Source of the DNA: Actinomycetota bacterium
Lineage (GTDB): Bacteria; Actinomycetota; Acidimicrobiia; Actinomarinales; Actinomarinaceae
Length of the DNA stretch: 64,000 bases
Direction of reading: 5' to 3'
Assembly: GCA_014384285.1 (NCBI GenBank)
Contig: JACNGE010000014.1
Coordinates: 72,427 to 136,426, forward strand
This document shows, in pieces, positions 8,027-17,563 of the stretch. The position numbers and the translations under genes are program-made. Below the pieces are notes generated by a model that saw nothing but the letters and a program-made list of their open reading frames with translations, had not been told where the DNA came from and did not search any database. Each line of letters begins with the position of its first letter. The stretch's first letter is position 1.

Positions 8027-10564
8027 TTAATTGTTTAGGGTTTTGTCATCTAACGAATTATTGATATGTTTTGCTAATTCTATATTAGCCTCAAGCTTCT
8101 CTAATTTTTGAGCCATTATTTTTTCTGCTGATGGCAAAGGATTTTCTAAAATAAAAGACTTGATATCGTTTCCTAATTCCTGATCATATATTGAGTCAAG
8201 TCCAGACAGAATTCTTGATGCTGTCCACTCAGGCATGACAGCTAATAAATCTGCATAATTATTTTTTATTTCTTTCCATGACTCTCTTCCATTTACTTTG
8301 TTGGCAATCATTGATGCTAAAATATAGGGACAATCTGCACCCCTAATTGTTCCATCTAACATTGAGCTAATAATAACTTTTCCAGCATTGGGATCTCTGA
8401 CCGCTCCAAGAACTGCTCTGTACCTACCTTCTATTTGGGGAGATCCTGCATTCAAGAATTTTTCAAGGAACTTCTCTATTTTTATTTCTGGGTCTAAAGC
8501 CGAAATATACAAAGCTGTATTGTACAAACTACCATCTTGGATTGTCTCAATGGTGCCATCTTTAAACCTATCACTATAAAAACTGATAAATTCATCATCA
8601 TTTTCAATTGCAGCAATCAACTTGTTTACAATTGCACGAAGTTCTTTAACCTCCATGGAGTCTGAATCTTTAGTGTCACGACCAAGGTCCTCTTTTATTT
8701 CTCGTACAAGGTTATTGAAATAATTTACAAAAGAATCATATTTTTCAATTGGTAACATTTTTGACATTGATGATATTATTCCAGAAATATAAGACCAGAT
8801 ATTAGGATCACTCTCAGATTGATATAGCGGTAAAAATTCTAAAAATTCATTTATTGAGAACTTGCCAATTGTTACAGACTTCCAGGTATCCTCTAAAAGT
8901 CTATATTTCTCTAGAGAGTTTAGAGCATAAAAGTTTTCTTTAATTTTTAAAAATATCTCTGGTTCATACACAACATGATAGAAAGCCCACCCACCGTTAT
9001 TGATAAAGGGAACCTCTCCAGAAGAAGTTAGTTCCAAGGTTTTTGAATTTTGAACAACTGTATCAACTTTTCCAGTGTCTAAAAAGCGGATATTGACAGG
9101 AATTTCCCAGAGGGAGTCGTCAGTAGTACCATCAATAAGAAATTTTGATTGAGTAAGAGAGAAACCTTCTCCAACCTTTTTTACCTCAATAATCGGAAAA
9201 CCGGGTTGCTTAATCCATGTTGGAAGCATTTTATTTAAAGGTATTTTACTTTCCTCAGTAAGAGAATTCCATAAATCAGAGGAATGTGTATTTTTGAATT
9301 TGTATCTATTTAAGTACTTCTGAACACCTATTCGGAACACTTCTTCTCCAACAAACATTTCAAACATTTTCAATACTGTTGACCCTTTTTCATAAGTTAA
9401 AACATCAAACATTTCTTCTGCCTGTTCAGGAGTTTCTACTTCAAACTCAACTGGTCGGGAGTTCTTGAGTGAGTCAACACCAAACCCAGCACTTCGCGAT
9501 AGGTTCATTTCGCTCCACTGTTCGAATTCAGGATAAGTTCCATTTGCTGCAATTGCTTCCATCAGACTTGCAAAAGCTTCATTTAACCATATGCCATCCC
9601 ACCACTTCATTGTTACAAGGTCTCCAAACCACATATGTGCAAGTTCATGTGCAATTACACTTACAGATCTAGAAAGCTCTTGTCTAGTGGCTTTAGCCTC
9701 ATCTATAAGTAGAAGACTTTCACGAAAAGTAACAGCTCCGACATTCTCCATTGCCCCCATTGCAAAATCAGGTATAGCAATAAGATCAAGTTTTGAGCCT
9801 GGATATGGAATTTGATAATAATTTTCAAAAAATTCTAAAATTTTCATTCCAGCTTTTCCTGCAAAGTTAGTTTGGTGTGAGAACCCGGGTCTATGGATAA
9901 TTCTTATTTGTGTTGTGCCAACACTTCCGATCTCAGTTACCTCAAGTTCCCCAATTACGAAAGCTACTAAATAAGTTGACATTATCATTGAATCAACAAA
10001 TTTGGTTTCAACTTTACCATTGGATAGTTCATTCTCTTCAAGAACTTTTTCATTAGAAATTCTGAGGTATTTTTTATCTGAAATTAAAGTCATTGAGAAT
10101 ACTGCTTTATATTCTGGTTCATCCCAACATGGAAAAGCATTTCTGGCAGAAGTTGGTTCAAACTGAGTTGTAGCAAGCCATTTTTCATTATCATTTAAAT
10201 CTAAAAATTGACTCTTATAAAATCCTTTCAAATCATTAGTAATTAATGAATTGAATTTTAATTTCAAGGAGTAGTTTCCTAATGTAAGTTTACTTTCTGT
10301 GCTAAACGATATCCTCTCTAATTCTTTTAAGTATTTAAAATCTAAATCAATTTGAGACCCATCTGAATCAAGTAGGTAAGCCTCTGTTATTTCAATGTCA
10401 ATTCCATTAACTTCGAACGAATCAGTATCTTTTATAATTTCTAAATCTACAGTTTGCGAACCTGTGTATTTAAAATTAGGTAAATCAACGTCCAGTTTTA
10501 TTTCGTAACGTAAAGGCCTAGCAAATTTTGGCAGTATTGCCTTATTCATCTTCTCTCCAATCAA
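8027..10564 (-). CDS. pepN: Aminopeptidase N (M1 family zinc metallopeptidase)
   Basis: 845 aa with the GAMEN exopeptidase motif and HELAHMWFGD...E zinc site. The true start may be the internal MNKAIL Met. Its 5' end overlaps the gnd 3' end. Confidence 0.9.
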   Translation of the reverse strand: MIGEKMNKAILPKFARPLRYEIKLDVDLPNFKYTGSQTVDLEIIKDTDSFEVNGIDIEITEAYLLDSDGSQIDLDFKYLKELERISFSTESKLTLGNYSLKLKFNSLITNDLKGFYKSQFLDLNDNEKWLATTQFEPTSARNAFPCWDEPEYKAVFSMTLISDKKYLRISNEKVLEENELSNGKVETKFVDSMIMSTYLVAFVIGELEVTEIGSVGTTQIRIIHRPGFSHQTNFAGKAGMKILEFFENYYQIPYPGSKLDLIAIPDFAMGAMENVGAVTFRESLLLIDEAKATRQELSRSVSVIAHELAHMWFGDLVTMKWWDGIWLNEAFASLMEAIAANGTYPEFEQWSEMNLSRSAGFGVDSLKNSRPVEFEVETPEQAEEMFDVLTYEKGSTVLKMFEMFVGEEVFRIGVQKYLNRYKFKNTHSSDLWNSLTEESKIPLNKMLPTWIKQPGFPIIEVKKVGEGFSLTQSKFLIDGTTDDSLWEIPVNIRFLDTGKVDTVVQNSKTLELTSSGEVPFINNGGWAFYHVVYEPEIFLKIKENFYALNSLEKYRLLEDTWKSVTIGKFSINEFLEFLPLYQSESDPNIWSYISGIISSMSKMLPIEKYDSFVNYFNNLVREIKEDLGRDTKDSDSMEVKELRAIVNKLIAAIENDDEFISFYSDRFKDGTIETIQDGSLYNTALYISALDPEIKIEKFLEKFLNAGSPQIEGRYRAVLGAVRDPNAGKVIISSMLDGTIRGADCPYILASMIANKVNGRESWKEIKNNYADLLAVMPEWTASRILSGLDSIYDQELGNDIKSFILENPLPSAEKIMAQKLEKLEANIELAKHINNSLDDKTLNN

Positions 10565-11933
10565 TGTGTATGTATTCGTCTGAATTCAATAGTTGTACAG
10601 TGTGGCTCCCAAAAAAGTCTCTTTGCGCTTGGATTAAATTTGAAGGATTATCATCTGCACTTAAATTAAGGTACCAACTCAAACTTGTAGAAAAAACTGG
10701 TAATGAAATATTTTTTAATATTGAGGAACTTACAATTTCTTTTATATTTTTAAGATTTTTTTTCAGCAAATCATGTAACTGACTCGAATGTAATAACTTA
10801 TCGGATGAATTATTTATTTCTATAAATTCATCAAGCATCTCAGACCTAATAATGCATCCACCGCTCCAGTTATTAAAAATATCTTCAAAATTAAAGGAAA
10901 ATTTGTTAACTTCGTTGTACCTCTCAATTATCGTAAGACCTTGAATCATAGATGCAACTCTTCCAAAATAGAGAGATTTAGCAAGGGCGGTTTGAAGACT
11001 CAATTTTTCTGAATCATCCAAATTATCTTTATTATCTTGAATTCGTGATGTAGAACTTGTTTTCCAAAAATAATCTGTATTACTTTGAACCCGTGCGTCA
11101 TATGCTGAATATATTGATGGAGCTGATACTCCAAGTTCAAATGAAGTTTCTATCGTTAGTCTTCCAGTCCCCTTGTTATTTGCCAAAGATTTTATTAAAT
11201 CAACAGTAAAGTATTCTCCGTCTTTTTTTCTTAGTATTTCAGAGGTGATTTCAATTAAGTATGAAGATTGATTTATTTTTTTCAGAGAACTAAAAAAATC
11301 TGCTATTTGAAGGTTGTTAAATCCAGTTCTTTTTAATAAATGATAACTTTCAGCAATCAGCTGCATTTCTGCATATTCAATACCGTTATGAACCATTTTT
11401 ATAAAGTGACCAGAACCAGAGCCTTCATAAAAACCTACACAGTCGTGTGGTGCTTTTGCTGAAATAGAAGATAATAATTCAATCAAATCTCCATCTAGAT
11501 TGTTATTTGAGCCCACCATTATAGCTGGGCCATATCTTGCCCCCTCTTCTCCACCGGAAACACCCATGCCAATGAATTTTATATTCTTTTTAGACAAGTT
11601 TTCCCCATGATGAATACTTTCTTGATAAAAAGAGTTACCGCCATCAATAACTACATCATTTTCATCTAACAAATTCGAGAGCTGATTTATTAATTTGCTA
11701 GTAGGTTCTCCTGATGGAATCATTAATAGAAGATTTCTTGGACGATCCATATTCTCAACAAGCTCTTCAAGGGTTGTGTATCCTGAGAAATTTCCATCGA
11801 ATTCTTTTTGTACAGCTTCTAATTTTTTGGAAGAATTATTGAAAGCTTTTATATTTGTACCCTTTTCTGCAATATTTAGGCCAATGTTTTTCCCCATTAC
11901 ACCAAGTCCAATTAATCCAATTTCACCCAACAT
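10542..11933 (-). CDS. gnd: 6-phosphogluconate dehydrogenase, decarboxylating
   Basis: 463 aa with an N-terminal GLIGLGVMG Rossmann motif and the 6PGDH C-terminal domain. Confidence 0.9.
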   Translation of the reverse strand: MLGEIGLIGLGVMGKNIGLNIAEKGTNIKAFNNSSKKLEAVQKEFDGNFSGYTTLEELVENMDRPRNLLLMIPSGEPTSKLINQLSNLLDENDVVIDGGNSFYQESIHHGENLSKKNIKFIGMGVSGGEEGARYGPAIMVGSNNNLDGDLIELLSSISAKAPHDCVGFYEGSGSGHFIKMVHNGIEYAEMQLIAESYHLLKRTGFNNLQIADFFSSLKKINQSSYLIEITSEILRKKDGEYFTVDLIKSLANNKGTGRLTIETSFELGVSAPSIYSAYDARVQSNTDYFWKTSSTSRIQDNKDNLDDSEKLSLQTALAKSLYFGRVASMIQGLTIIERYNEVNKFSFNFEDIFNNWSGGCIIRSEMLDEFIEINNSSDKLLHSSQLHDLLKKNLKNIKEIVSSSILKNISLPVFSTSLSWYLNLSADDNPSNLIQAQRDFFGSHTVQLLNSDEYIHIDWREDE

Positions 11934-13255
11934 TATTTTGGATCTTTCATTATTTTTAAATCTTTTAACTTACTTACTAATTTGCTTCTCATTTTTATTT
12001 CAATTAATAATAAATCAGAACTATTTTTTACTTCTAAAATTTCACCAAATCTATTTACGTGTTCCAAATTTTTTGGCTCAACCAAGAATGAGTCTTTTAT
12101 AGTTTCTCCATATATTTCTTTTGAAATTGTTTCGACAAGCTCATCAATACCAGTTTGTTTTAACGATGAAATAAATAAAGCTTGAGGATATCTTTCTGCT
12201 AGGTCGTTTAAAGAAGCTCTGTCGATTTTATCAACTTTATTAAATACCATAATTTCATTAGCACTAACTTCAATTTGTTTTAGGATCTCTCTTACCGTAG
12301 CAATATGCATCTCAGGAATAGCTGTTGCTGCATCAACTACATGTATTAATAGATCTGCACTCGTAGCAACTAATAAAGTTGATTTAAAAGACTCAATGAG
12401 TGTTGTTGGTAAATTTTGAATAAAGCCAACTGTGTCTGATAAGATCAAAGGCTCTTGGACATCTTTTACGGGAAGCTCTCTTTGTAAAGAGTCAACTGTC
12501 GCAAAAAGTTCATCTGCAGCATATGCATCTGAATTAGTCAAAGATTTCAACAAGGTAGATTTTCCAGCATTCGTATACCCAACAATTGATACCAAAGGAG
12601 TGTTCTTCTTCTCTCTGGAACTCGCCTGAAGTAGTCGCTGCCTCTCAATTTTCTTAAGCTCTTTTCGTAATTTATTTATGCGGTTATCAATTAACCTACT
12701 GTCAGTTTCTAACTTAGCTTCACCAGGTCCTCGTGTTCCAATTCCACCACCTTGTTGGTTTAAAGTTTTCCCCAAACCTGCAAGTCTAGGTTTAAGATAT
12801 ACAGACATGGCTAACTCAACTTGTAGATTGGCCTCTTTCGACTGTGCATGTAATGCGAAAATATCAAGAATTAAACCAGTTCGGTCAACTACATCGCACT
12901 GAAAAATTTCTCTAAGTTCTTTTTGCTGATTTGGATTGAGTTCACAATCAAAAATAACTACATCAATATCATTCGCCTTTGATAAAACCTCAAGGTCATT
13001 GATAGAACCTTTTCCAATGAAAGTTTTTGGATCAATTCGGTCAACTCTTTTTGTTTGAACAATTGTTGGATTTGAACCTGCTGTTTTTACAAGACTTGTT
13101 AGCTCTTTTAAAGATTCTTCACGATCAGCTCTTGTTTGATTTTTTAGAATAATTCCAACAAGCAAAGCTTTTTGAACCGTTACAAATATATCTTTGTCAG
13201 ATACTGTTAGCAACCGTCTATCAGTTTGATTTGGATTATTATTTCTTTGATTCAA
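11933..13255 (-). CDS. hflX: GTPase HflX
   Basis: 440 aa with an HflX N-domain followed by a G-domain (GYTNAGKSTL G1, DTVGF G3, NKVD G4). Confidence 0.9.
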   Translation of the reverse strand: MNQRNNNPNQTDRRLLTVSDKDIFVTVQKALLVGIILKNQTRADREESLKELTSLVKTAGSNPTIVQTKRVDRIDPKTFIGKGSINDLEVLSKANDIDVVIFDCELNPNQQKELREIFQCDVVDRTGLILDIFALHAQSKEANLQVELAMSVYLKPRLAGLGKTLNQQGGGIGTRGPGEAKLETDSRLIDNRINKLRKELKKIERQRLLQASSREKKNTPLVSIVGYTNAGKSTLLKSLTNSDAYAADELFATVDSLQRELPVKDVQEPLILSDTVGFIQNLPTTLIESFKSTLLVATSADLLIHVVDAATAIPEMHIATVREILKQIEVSANEIMVFNKVDKIDRASLNDLAERYPQALFISSLKQTGIDELVETISKEIYGETIKDSFLVEPKNLEHVNRFGEILEVKNSSDLLLIEIKMRSKLVSKLKDLKIMKDPK

Positions 13256-13308
13256 TTATTTAAGAGTATCGAAAATTTTGTAATATAAAAGGCATATTTT
13301 CTGATTGT

Positions 13309-13403
13309 TGGCGGAGGTGGACGGGAATCGAACCCGCCAAAGACTTTTACACCTTTCACCAGTTTTGAAGACCGGGGAGCCCACCAGGCGCTCATTCACC
13401 TCC
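13309..13403 (-). tRNA. 95-nt long-variable-arm tRNA with anticodon UCA. It would decode UGA, so it is a tRNA-Sec (selC) candidate or a Ser-type opal suppressor.
   Basis: Reverse complement: GGAGGTGA-AT-GAGC-GCCTGGTGG-GCTC-C-CCGGT-CTTCAAA-ACTGG-(21-nt variable arm)-GCGGG-TTCGATT-CCCGT-CCACCTCC-G-CCA. The anticodon loop CUUCAAA gives U33, anticodon UCA, A37. The discriminator is G73 and CCA is encoded. There are 8 nt between the T-stem and the discriminator, the 8/5 layout typical of tRNA-Sec, and the loop is identical to the E. coli selC anticodon loop. Confidence 0.7.
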
Positions 13404-13455
13404 ATTATTAAGACTAATTGTATAAAAAATTTTAGATTGAATACAATTATGTAAT

Positions 13456-14052
13456 ATGGAAAACTTTTCATCATTATTTTTAAGACTTAAAAAAGAAAGA
13501 GGATTGTCTAACAAGCAAATAGCCTCTTTCACTGGTGCAGAATTAAAAGAAGTAAAAAAATGGGACGCTGGTACAAGTTTTCCAACAGACAAAAAAGTAA
13601 TTATTGCACTCGAGGGTTTATTAGGAAAAGAGGTAATGGATACACTTGAAGACTTATCTAGTTATAACCAAGTAACAACTAACTCAAACGATGTAGAGGA
13701 TTCACTATTTAAAATTGATAAAGATAAAAAGGTAGATTTAAAGTCAGGCATCTTTAATCGATTTAAGTCAGAAAAACAGGAGACTAAAGAGATTCCTCAA
13801 CCCGAACTATTCAGGTATGAAAATATCGAAGATTCACAAAATCTTGAAGAACTCGAAGCTAACACACAAAAAGAAATCTTTGAAACTGCCTTGGATGAAA
13901 GACCCTACATTGAAGATTCAAAACAATTAGGTTTTTATCTGACAAGGAATGTCAAAACCTTTTTGGGGTTAATTTTTATTACTGTGTTAATCACTCGCGG
14001 ATTTAGGTTATTCCTGGACTCTATCAAAATGATAATAGATAACTTATTGTGA
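13456..14052 (+). CDS. HTH (XRE-like) domain protein with an acidic linker and a C-terminal transmembrane anchor
   Basis: 198 aa. The N-terminus has a helix-turn-helix (LRLKKERGLSNKQIASFTG...), followed by an acidic low-complexity linker and a single C-terminal TM (FLGLIFITVLITRGF). Its stop overlaps the ctaA start. Confidence 0.4.
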   Translation: MENFSSLFLRLKKERGLSNKQIASFTGAELKEVKKWDAGTSFPTDKKVIIALEGLLGKEVMDTLEDLSSYNQVTTNSNDVEDSLFKIDKDKKVDLKSGIFNRFKSEKQETKEIPQPELFRYENIEDSQNLEELEANTQKEIFETALDERPYIEDSKQLGFYLTRNVKTFLGLIFITVLITRGFRLFLDSIKMIIDNLL

Positions 14053-14951
14053 CACTATATAAACTGAGTGGAGCAGGATTAGGACTCTCAGTCTTGTCGA
14101 TAATAGCTGGAGCAATAGTTAGAGCTACTGGTTCCGGAGATGGGTGTGGATCTTCTTGGCCAAGTTGTAATGGGCGAATCATACCTTCTCTTAATTCAGC
14201 TGCAGAGCAAATTGAGTTTTCCCATCGTGCCATCAGTGGATTGTTGCTAATCATCACACTTGCTATTTTTCTAAAATCCTTTAGTCCGTCAGTAAATGGG
14301 GTTCAAAAAAAAGTTATTAATTACCTCACTTTTTTTGTAATATTTGAAGCCCTGATAGGAGCTGTAATAGTGTTATATGAGTGGGTTGGATTAAATAGCT
14401 CCATACCTAGGGTTATTGCTGTACCCCTTCATCTGGTAAATACTTTTGGATTGCTTGCTATGTATACTGTAATTTTTAAACTATCAAAAAATTCTGAGAA
14501 ACGGATTATAAACTTAATTGATAGAAATTTTAAAATAGTCACATTTTTATTTATTCTAGCTGGAGCGACAGGGTCAATAGCTGCACTTGCAGATGTATTG
14601 TTCCCCAGCGAGTCATTTGTTAGTGGTCTAGTAGATGACTTTGATACTACTTCAGCTCTACTAACAAGACTAAGGGTTCTACATCCGCTAGCTTCAACAG
14701 TTTTATCTATTTTACTTTTTCTTGAATCAAACAGGCTTCAAAATTTTTTCAATATAAAAACTTTTGAAATAAAATCCTTAGTTATTTTGGGCGTAGCATT
14801 AGGTACATTGAATGTACTTATGAATATAAATATTTTTTTAAGTGTAATACATCTATTGATAGCAGATCTACTTTGGATTACATATATATACAAAAGTTTG
14901 GAAAAAAGTTATCAATTTGAAATAAGAACAAATAATTCCACTATCGATTAG
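14049..14951 (+). CDS. ctaA: Heme A synthase (COX15/CtaA family)
   Basis: 300 aa polytopic protein with the N-terminal Cys pair in loop 1 (GDGCGSSWPSC) and conserved His residues in TM helices. Confidence 0.75.
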   Translation: MTLYKLSGAGLGLSVLSIIAGAIVRATGSGDGCGSSWPSCNGRIIPSLNSAAEQIEFSHRAISGLLLIITLAIFLKSFSPSVNGVQKKVINYLTFFVIFEALIGAVIVLYEWVGLNSSIPRVIAVPLHLVNTFGLLAMYTVIFKLSKNSEKRIINLIDRNFKIVTFLFILAGATGSIAALADVLFPSESFVSGLVDDFDTTSALLTRLRVLHPLASTVLSILLFLESNRLQNFFNIKTFEIKSLVILGVALGTLNVLMNINIFLSVIHLLIADLLWITYIYKSLEKSYQFEIRTNNSTID

Positions 14952-15021
14952 GTTTATATCAAAAATATGTTTATCCTTACATTTCTGTAACTAGAAATGA
15001 TAATTAAAGGTCAAATTACTA

Positions 15022-16077
15022 ATGGTAACTAAAACAATACCGGCAAAGCCAAAAACTTCTAAATTGGAAGAGCAAATTGCTGTAGATGAAGAAAGCTTAA
15101 CACCCGAACAAGAAGCAGCCGCAAAAGAGAAGGCCAAATCTCTCGTTAAAAAGCTTGCAGATGACAGAGGAAAGTTAACAACAGACTTAGTTAGTCAATA
15201 CTTGACAGCAATTGGTAATTTCGATCTTTTGACTGCAGAACAAGAAGTTGAGCTTGCACAAAAAATTGAATCTGGTGAAAAAGCCTCAATCAAACTTGAG
15301 AAAAAACAATTTAAAGATAAAAAAGGTGAAATCAGGCTTAAAAGAGATAGAAAAAAAGGCGCTGAAGCAAAAGACGCTTTTTTAACAGCAAACCTTCGAC
15401 TTGTAGTTGCTAATGCTAGAAGATATGCGAATACCTCTGGAATAGATTTTCTTGACCTCATTCAAGAAGGAAATCTAGGCTTAATTAGGGCTGTAGAAAA
15501 ATTTGACTGGAGAAAAGGTTTTAAGTTTTCAACATACGCCACCTGGTGGATTAGACAAGCAATCACAAGAGCTATTGCAGACAAATCAAGAACTGTCAGA
15601 ATCCCAGTTCATCTGCATGATACCATGGCGGCTGTAAGGGCAGCGCAAGCACAATTAAAGGCTGAGTTAGGTAGAGATCCTAAACCACAAGAAATTGCTA
15701 AAGAAGCAGGTGTTGGTGTGGACAAGGTAGAACTTGCTTTGAGTGTAGCTGATACTGTATCGCTTGAACAACCAGTTGGAGAGGATGGAGCTCAATTAGG
15801 AGATTTTATTCAAGACGAGGATGCTAGCGACCCATCGTTAATTGTTCAGGACCTAGATGTTGCTGAGAGCTTAAGGGAAAGTATTAGTAGGCTACCGGAA
15901 AGAGAAGGAAGAATTTTAGCATTGAGGTATGGATTTTACGATGGTGTTCCTAGAACCCTGGAAGAAATTGGCGAAGAATTTGATTTAACCCGAGAAAGAA
16001 TTAGACAGTTAGAAAAGCTAGCACTTTGTCGTCTTAGACATCCTTCATTTGGAATCAGAGAGCAAGACTTAGTTTAA
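15022..16077 (+). CDS. RNA polymerase sigma-70 family factor, principal or principal-like (RpoD/HrdB-type)
   Basis: 351 aa with a Lys/Glu-rich N-terminus, region 2 ([31 protein letters not shown]) and regions 3 and 4 ([18 protein letters not shown]). Confidence 0.9.
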   Translation: MVTKTIPAKPKTSKLEEQIAVDEESLTPEQEAAAKEKAKSLVKKLADDRGKLTTDLVSQYLTAIGNFDLLTAEQEVELAQKIESGEKASIKLEKKQFKDKKGEIRLKRDRKKGAEAKDAFLTANLRLVVANARRYANTSGIDFLDLIQEGNLGLIRAVEKFDWRKGFKFSTYATWWIRQAITRAIADKSRTVRIPVHLHDTMAAVRAAQAQLKAELGRDPKPQEIAKEAGVGVDKVELALSVADTVSLEQPVGEDGAQLGDFIQDEDASDPSLIVQDLDVAESLRESISRLPEREGRILALRYGFYDGVPRTLEEIGEEFDLTRERIRQLEKLALCRLRHPSFGIREQDLV

Positions 16078-16126
16078 ATCGTATAAAGAGTTTCTAACTT
16101 TCTCTAACAATTGTTAATCTATAAAC

Positions 16127-17563
16127 ATGTTTGATTTACTCAATATTGCTATTGATTCAGCAATCAGTTCTGGTGCGAAATATTCAGATGCAAGAATACT
16201 TGTTTCTAAATCTAGAAATATTGCCGCTAAAAATGGTGAGGTAGAGAATTTTAATGAGTCTGAAAAAATCGGCCTAGGTATAAGAGCTTTAGTGGGATCC
16301 TCATGGGGTTTTTATTCAACCTATGATTTATCAAGAGAATCCTTAATCTCATCTGGGAAAAAAGCATTTGAAATAGCTAAAGCCTCTGCAGTTGTCTCAG
16401 GCAAAGAAACACCTTTTGCAGATGTTCCTGTAGTTCAAGATGAATACACAACCCCTCATGAGGAAAATCCATTCAAGGTATCATCAACAGAACAGATAGA
16501 CTTATTAGTAAATTCAACAGAACAAATGAAAAAATTAGGGACCTCAAGATCCTCAGGACGTCTTGACTTCTGGGATACTGAAAAATGGTTTTGTTCCAGT
16601 CAAGGTCATGAAATTTTTCAAAATATAATTGAGTCCGGGGGAGGTATATCCTCTTTATCAGTTGGAGATGGTGAAACACAAATAAGATCTTACCCCCAAT
16701 CTTTTGGTGAGTATAGAACTGGTGGATGGGAAGTAATAAAATCATTTGAGTTTGGGAAACACACACAGAGATTAGCTGAAGAATCACAGCGTCTATTAGT
16801 TGCACCTCAGTGCCCCGAAGGAGTAATGGATCTTATTTTAGAGGGTAGTCAACTAGCTCTGCAAATTCACGAATCAGTAGGACATGCAATTGAGTTGGAT
16901 AGAATTCTTGGTTGGGAGGCAGCATATGCGGGTACATCTCACTTAGAGCTAGATAAATTGAACAAACACAGGTACGGGTCTGAGCTGATGAATATAGTTG
17001 CTGACGCAACTCTTCCCGGGGCTTTAGCAACATTTAAGTATGACGATGAAGGAACTCCAGCACAACGTGTTGAAATTGTTAAAGAAGGAATTTGGACAGG
17101 AGTTTTATCAGGACGAGATAGTGCAGCTATTGCTGGAGTAAAGCCAGGAGGGATGGTCAGAGCAGATGGGTTTTCAAGACTGCCAATGGTGAGAATGACA
17201 AATGTAGGATTGCTACCAGGTGAATCTTCTCTAGAGGAAATTATTGAATCTACTGACAATGGCATTTATATGGAGACAAACAGATCATGGTCAATCGATG
17301 ATTTGAGATTGAATTTTCAATTTGGGTGCGAGGCTGGTTGGGTAGTTAAAAATGGAAAAATAATTGATATGGTAAAAAACCCAACCTATACAGGGATAAC
17401 ACCTGAATTTTGGGGAAATATGGATATGCTTGCGAATGAAAACGAGTGGGTATTTTGGGGAACTCCAAATTGTGGAAAAGGTCAACCAAGTCAAATTGGT
17501 CATACAGGACACCCCGCTTCACCTGCCAGATTTAAAAATACAAGAATTGGAGTCAGAGGTTGA
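16127..17563 (+). CDS. tldD: Metalloprotease TldD
   Basis: 478 aa TldD/PmbA-fold protein with the HESVGHAIELDR metal-binding motif. Confidence 0.85.
   Translation: MFDLLNIAIDSAISSGAKYSDARILVSKSRNIAAKNGEVENFNESEKIGLGIRALVGSSWGFYSTYDLSRESLISSGKKAFEIAKASAVVSGKETPFADVPVVQDEYTTPHEENPFKVSSTEQIDLLVNSTEQMKKLGTSRSSGRLDFWDTEKWFCSSQGHEIFQNIIESGGGISSLSVGDGETQIRSYPQSFGEYRTGGWEVIKSFEFGKHTQRLAEESQRLLVAPQCPEGVMDLILEGSQLALQIHESVGHAIELDRILGWEAAYAGTSHLELDKLNKHRYGSELMNIVADATLPGALATFKYDDEGTPAQRVEIVKEGIWTGVLSGRDSAAIAGVKPGGMVRADGFSRLPMVRMTNVGLLPGESSLEEIIESTDNGIYMETNRSWSIDDLRLNFQFGCEAGWVVKNGKIIDMVKNPTYTGITPEFWGNMDMLANENEWVFWGTPNCGKGQPSQIGHTGHPASPARFKNTRIGVRG

Noticed and set aside
13309-13403. Calling the UCA tRNA a plain tRNA-Ser
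   Set aside because: The anticodon read directly from the sequence is UCA, not UGA, GGA, CGA or GCU, and the acceptor-side strand has 8 nt. It cannot be annotated as a standard serine isoacceptor without assuming a sequence error.
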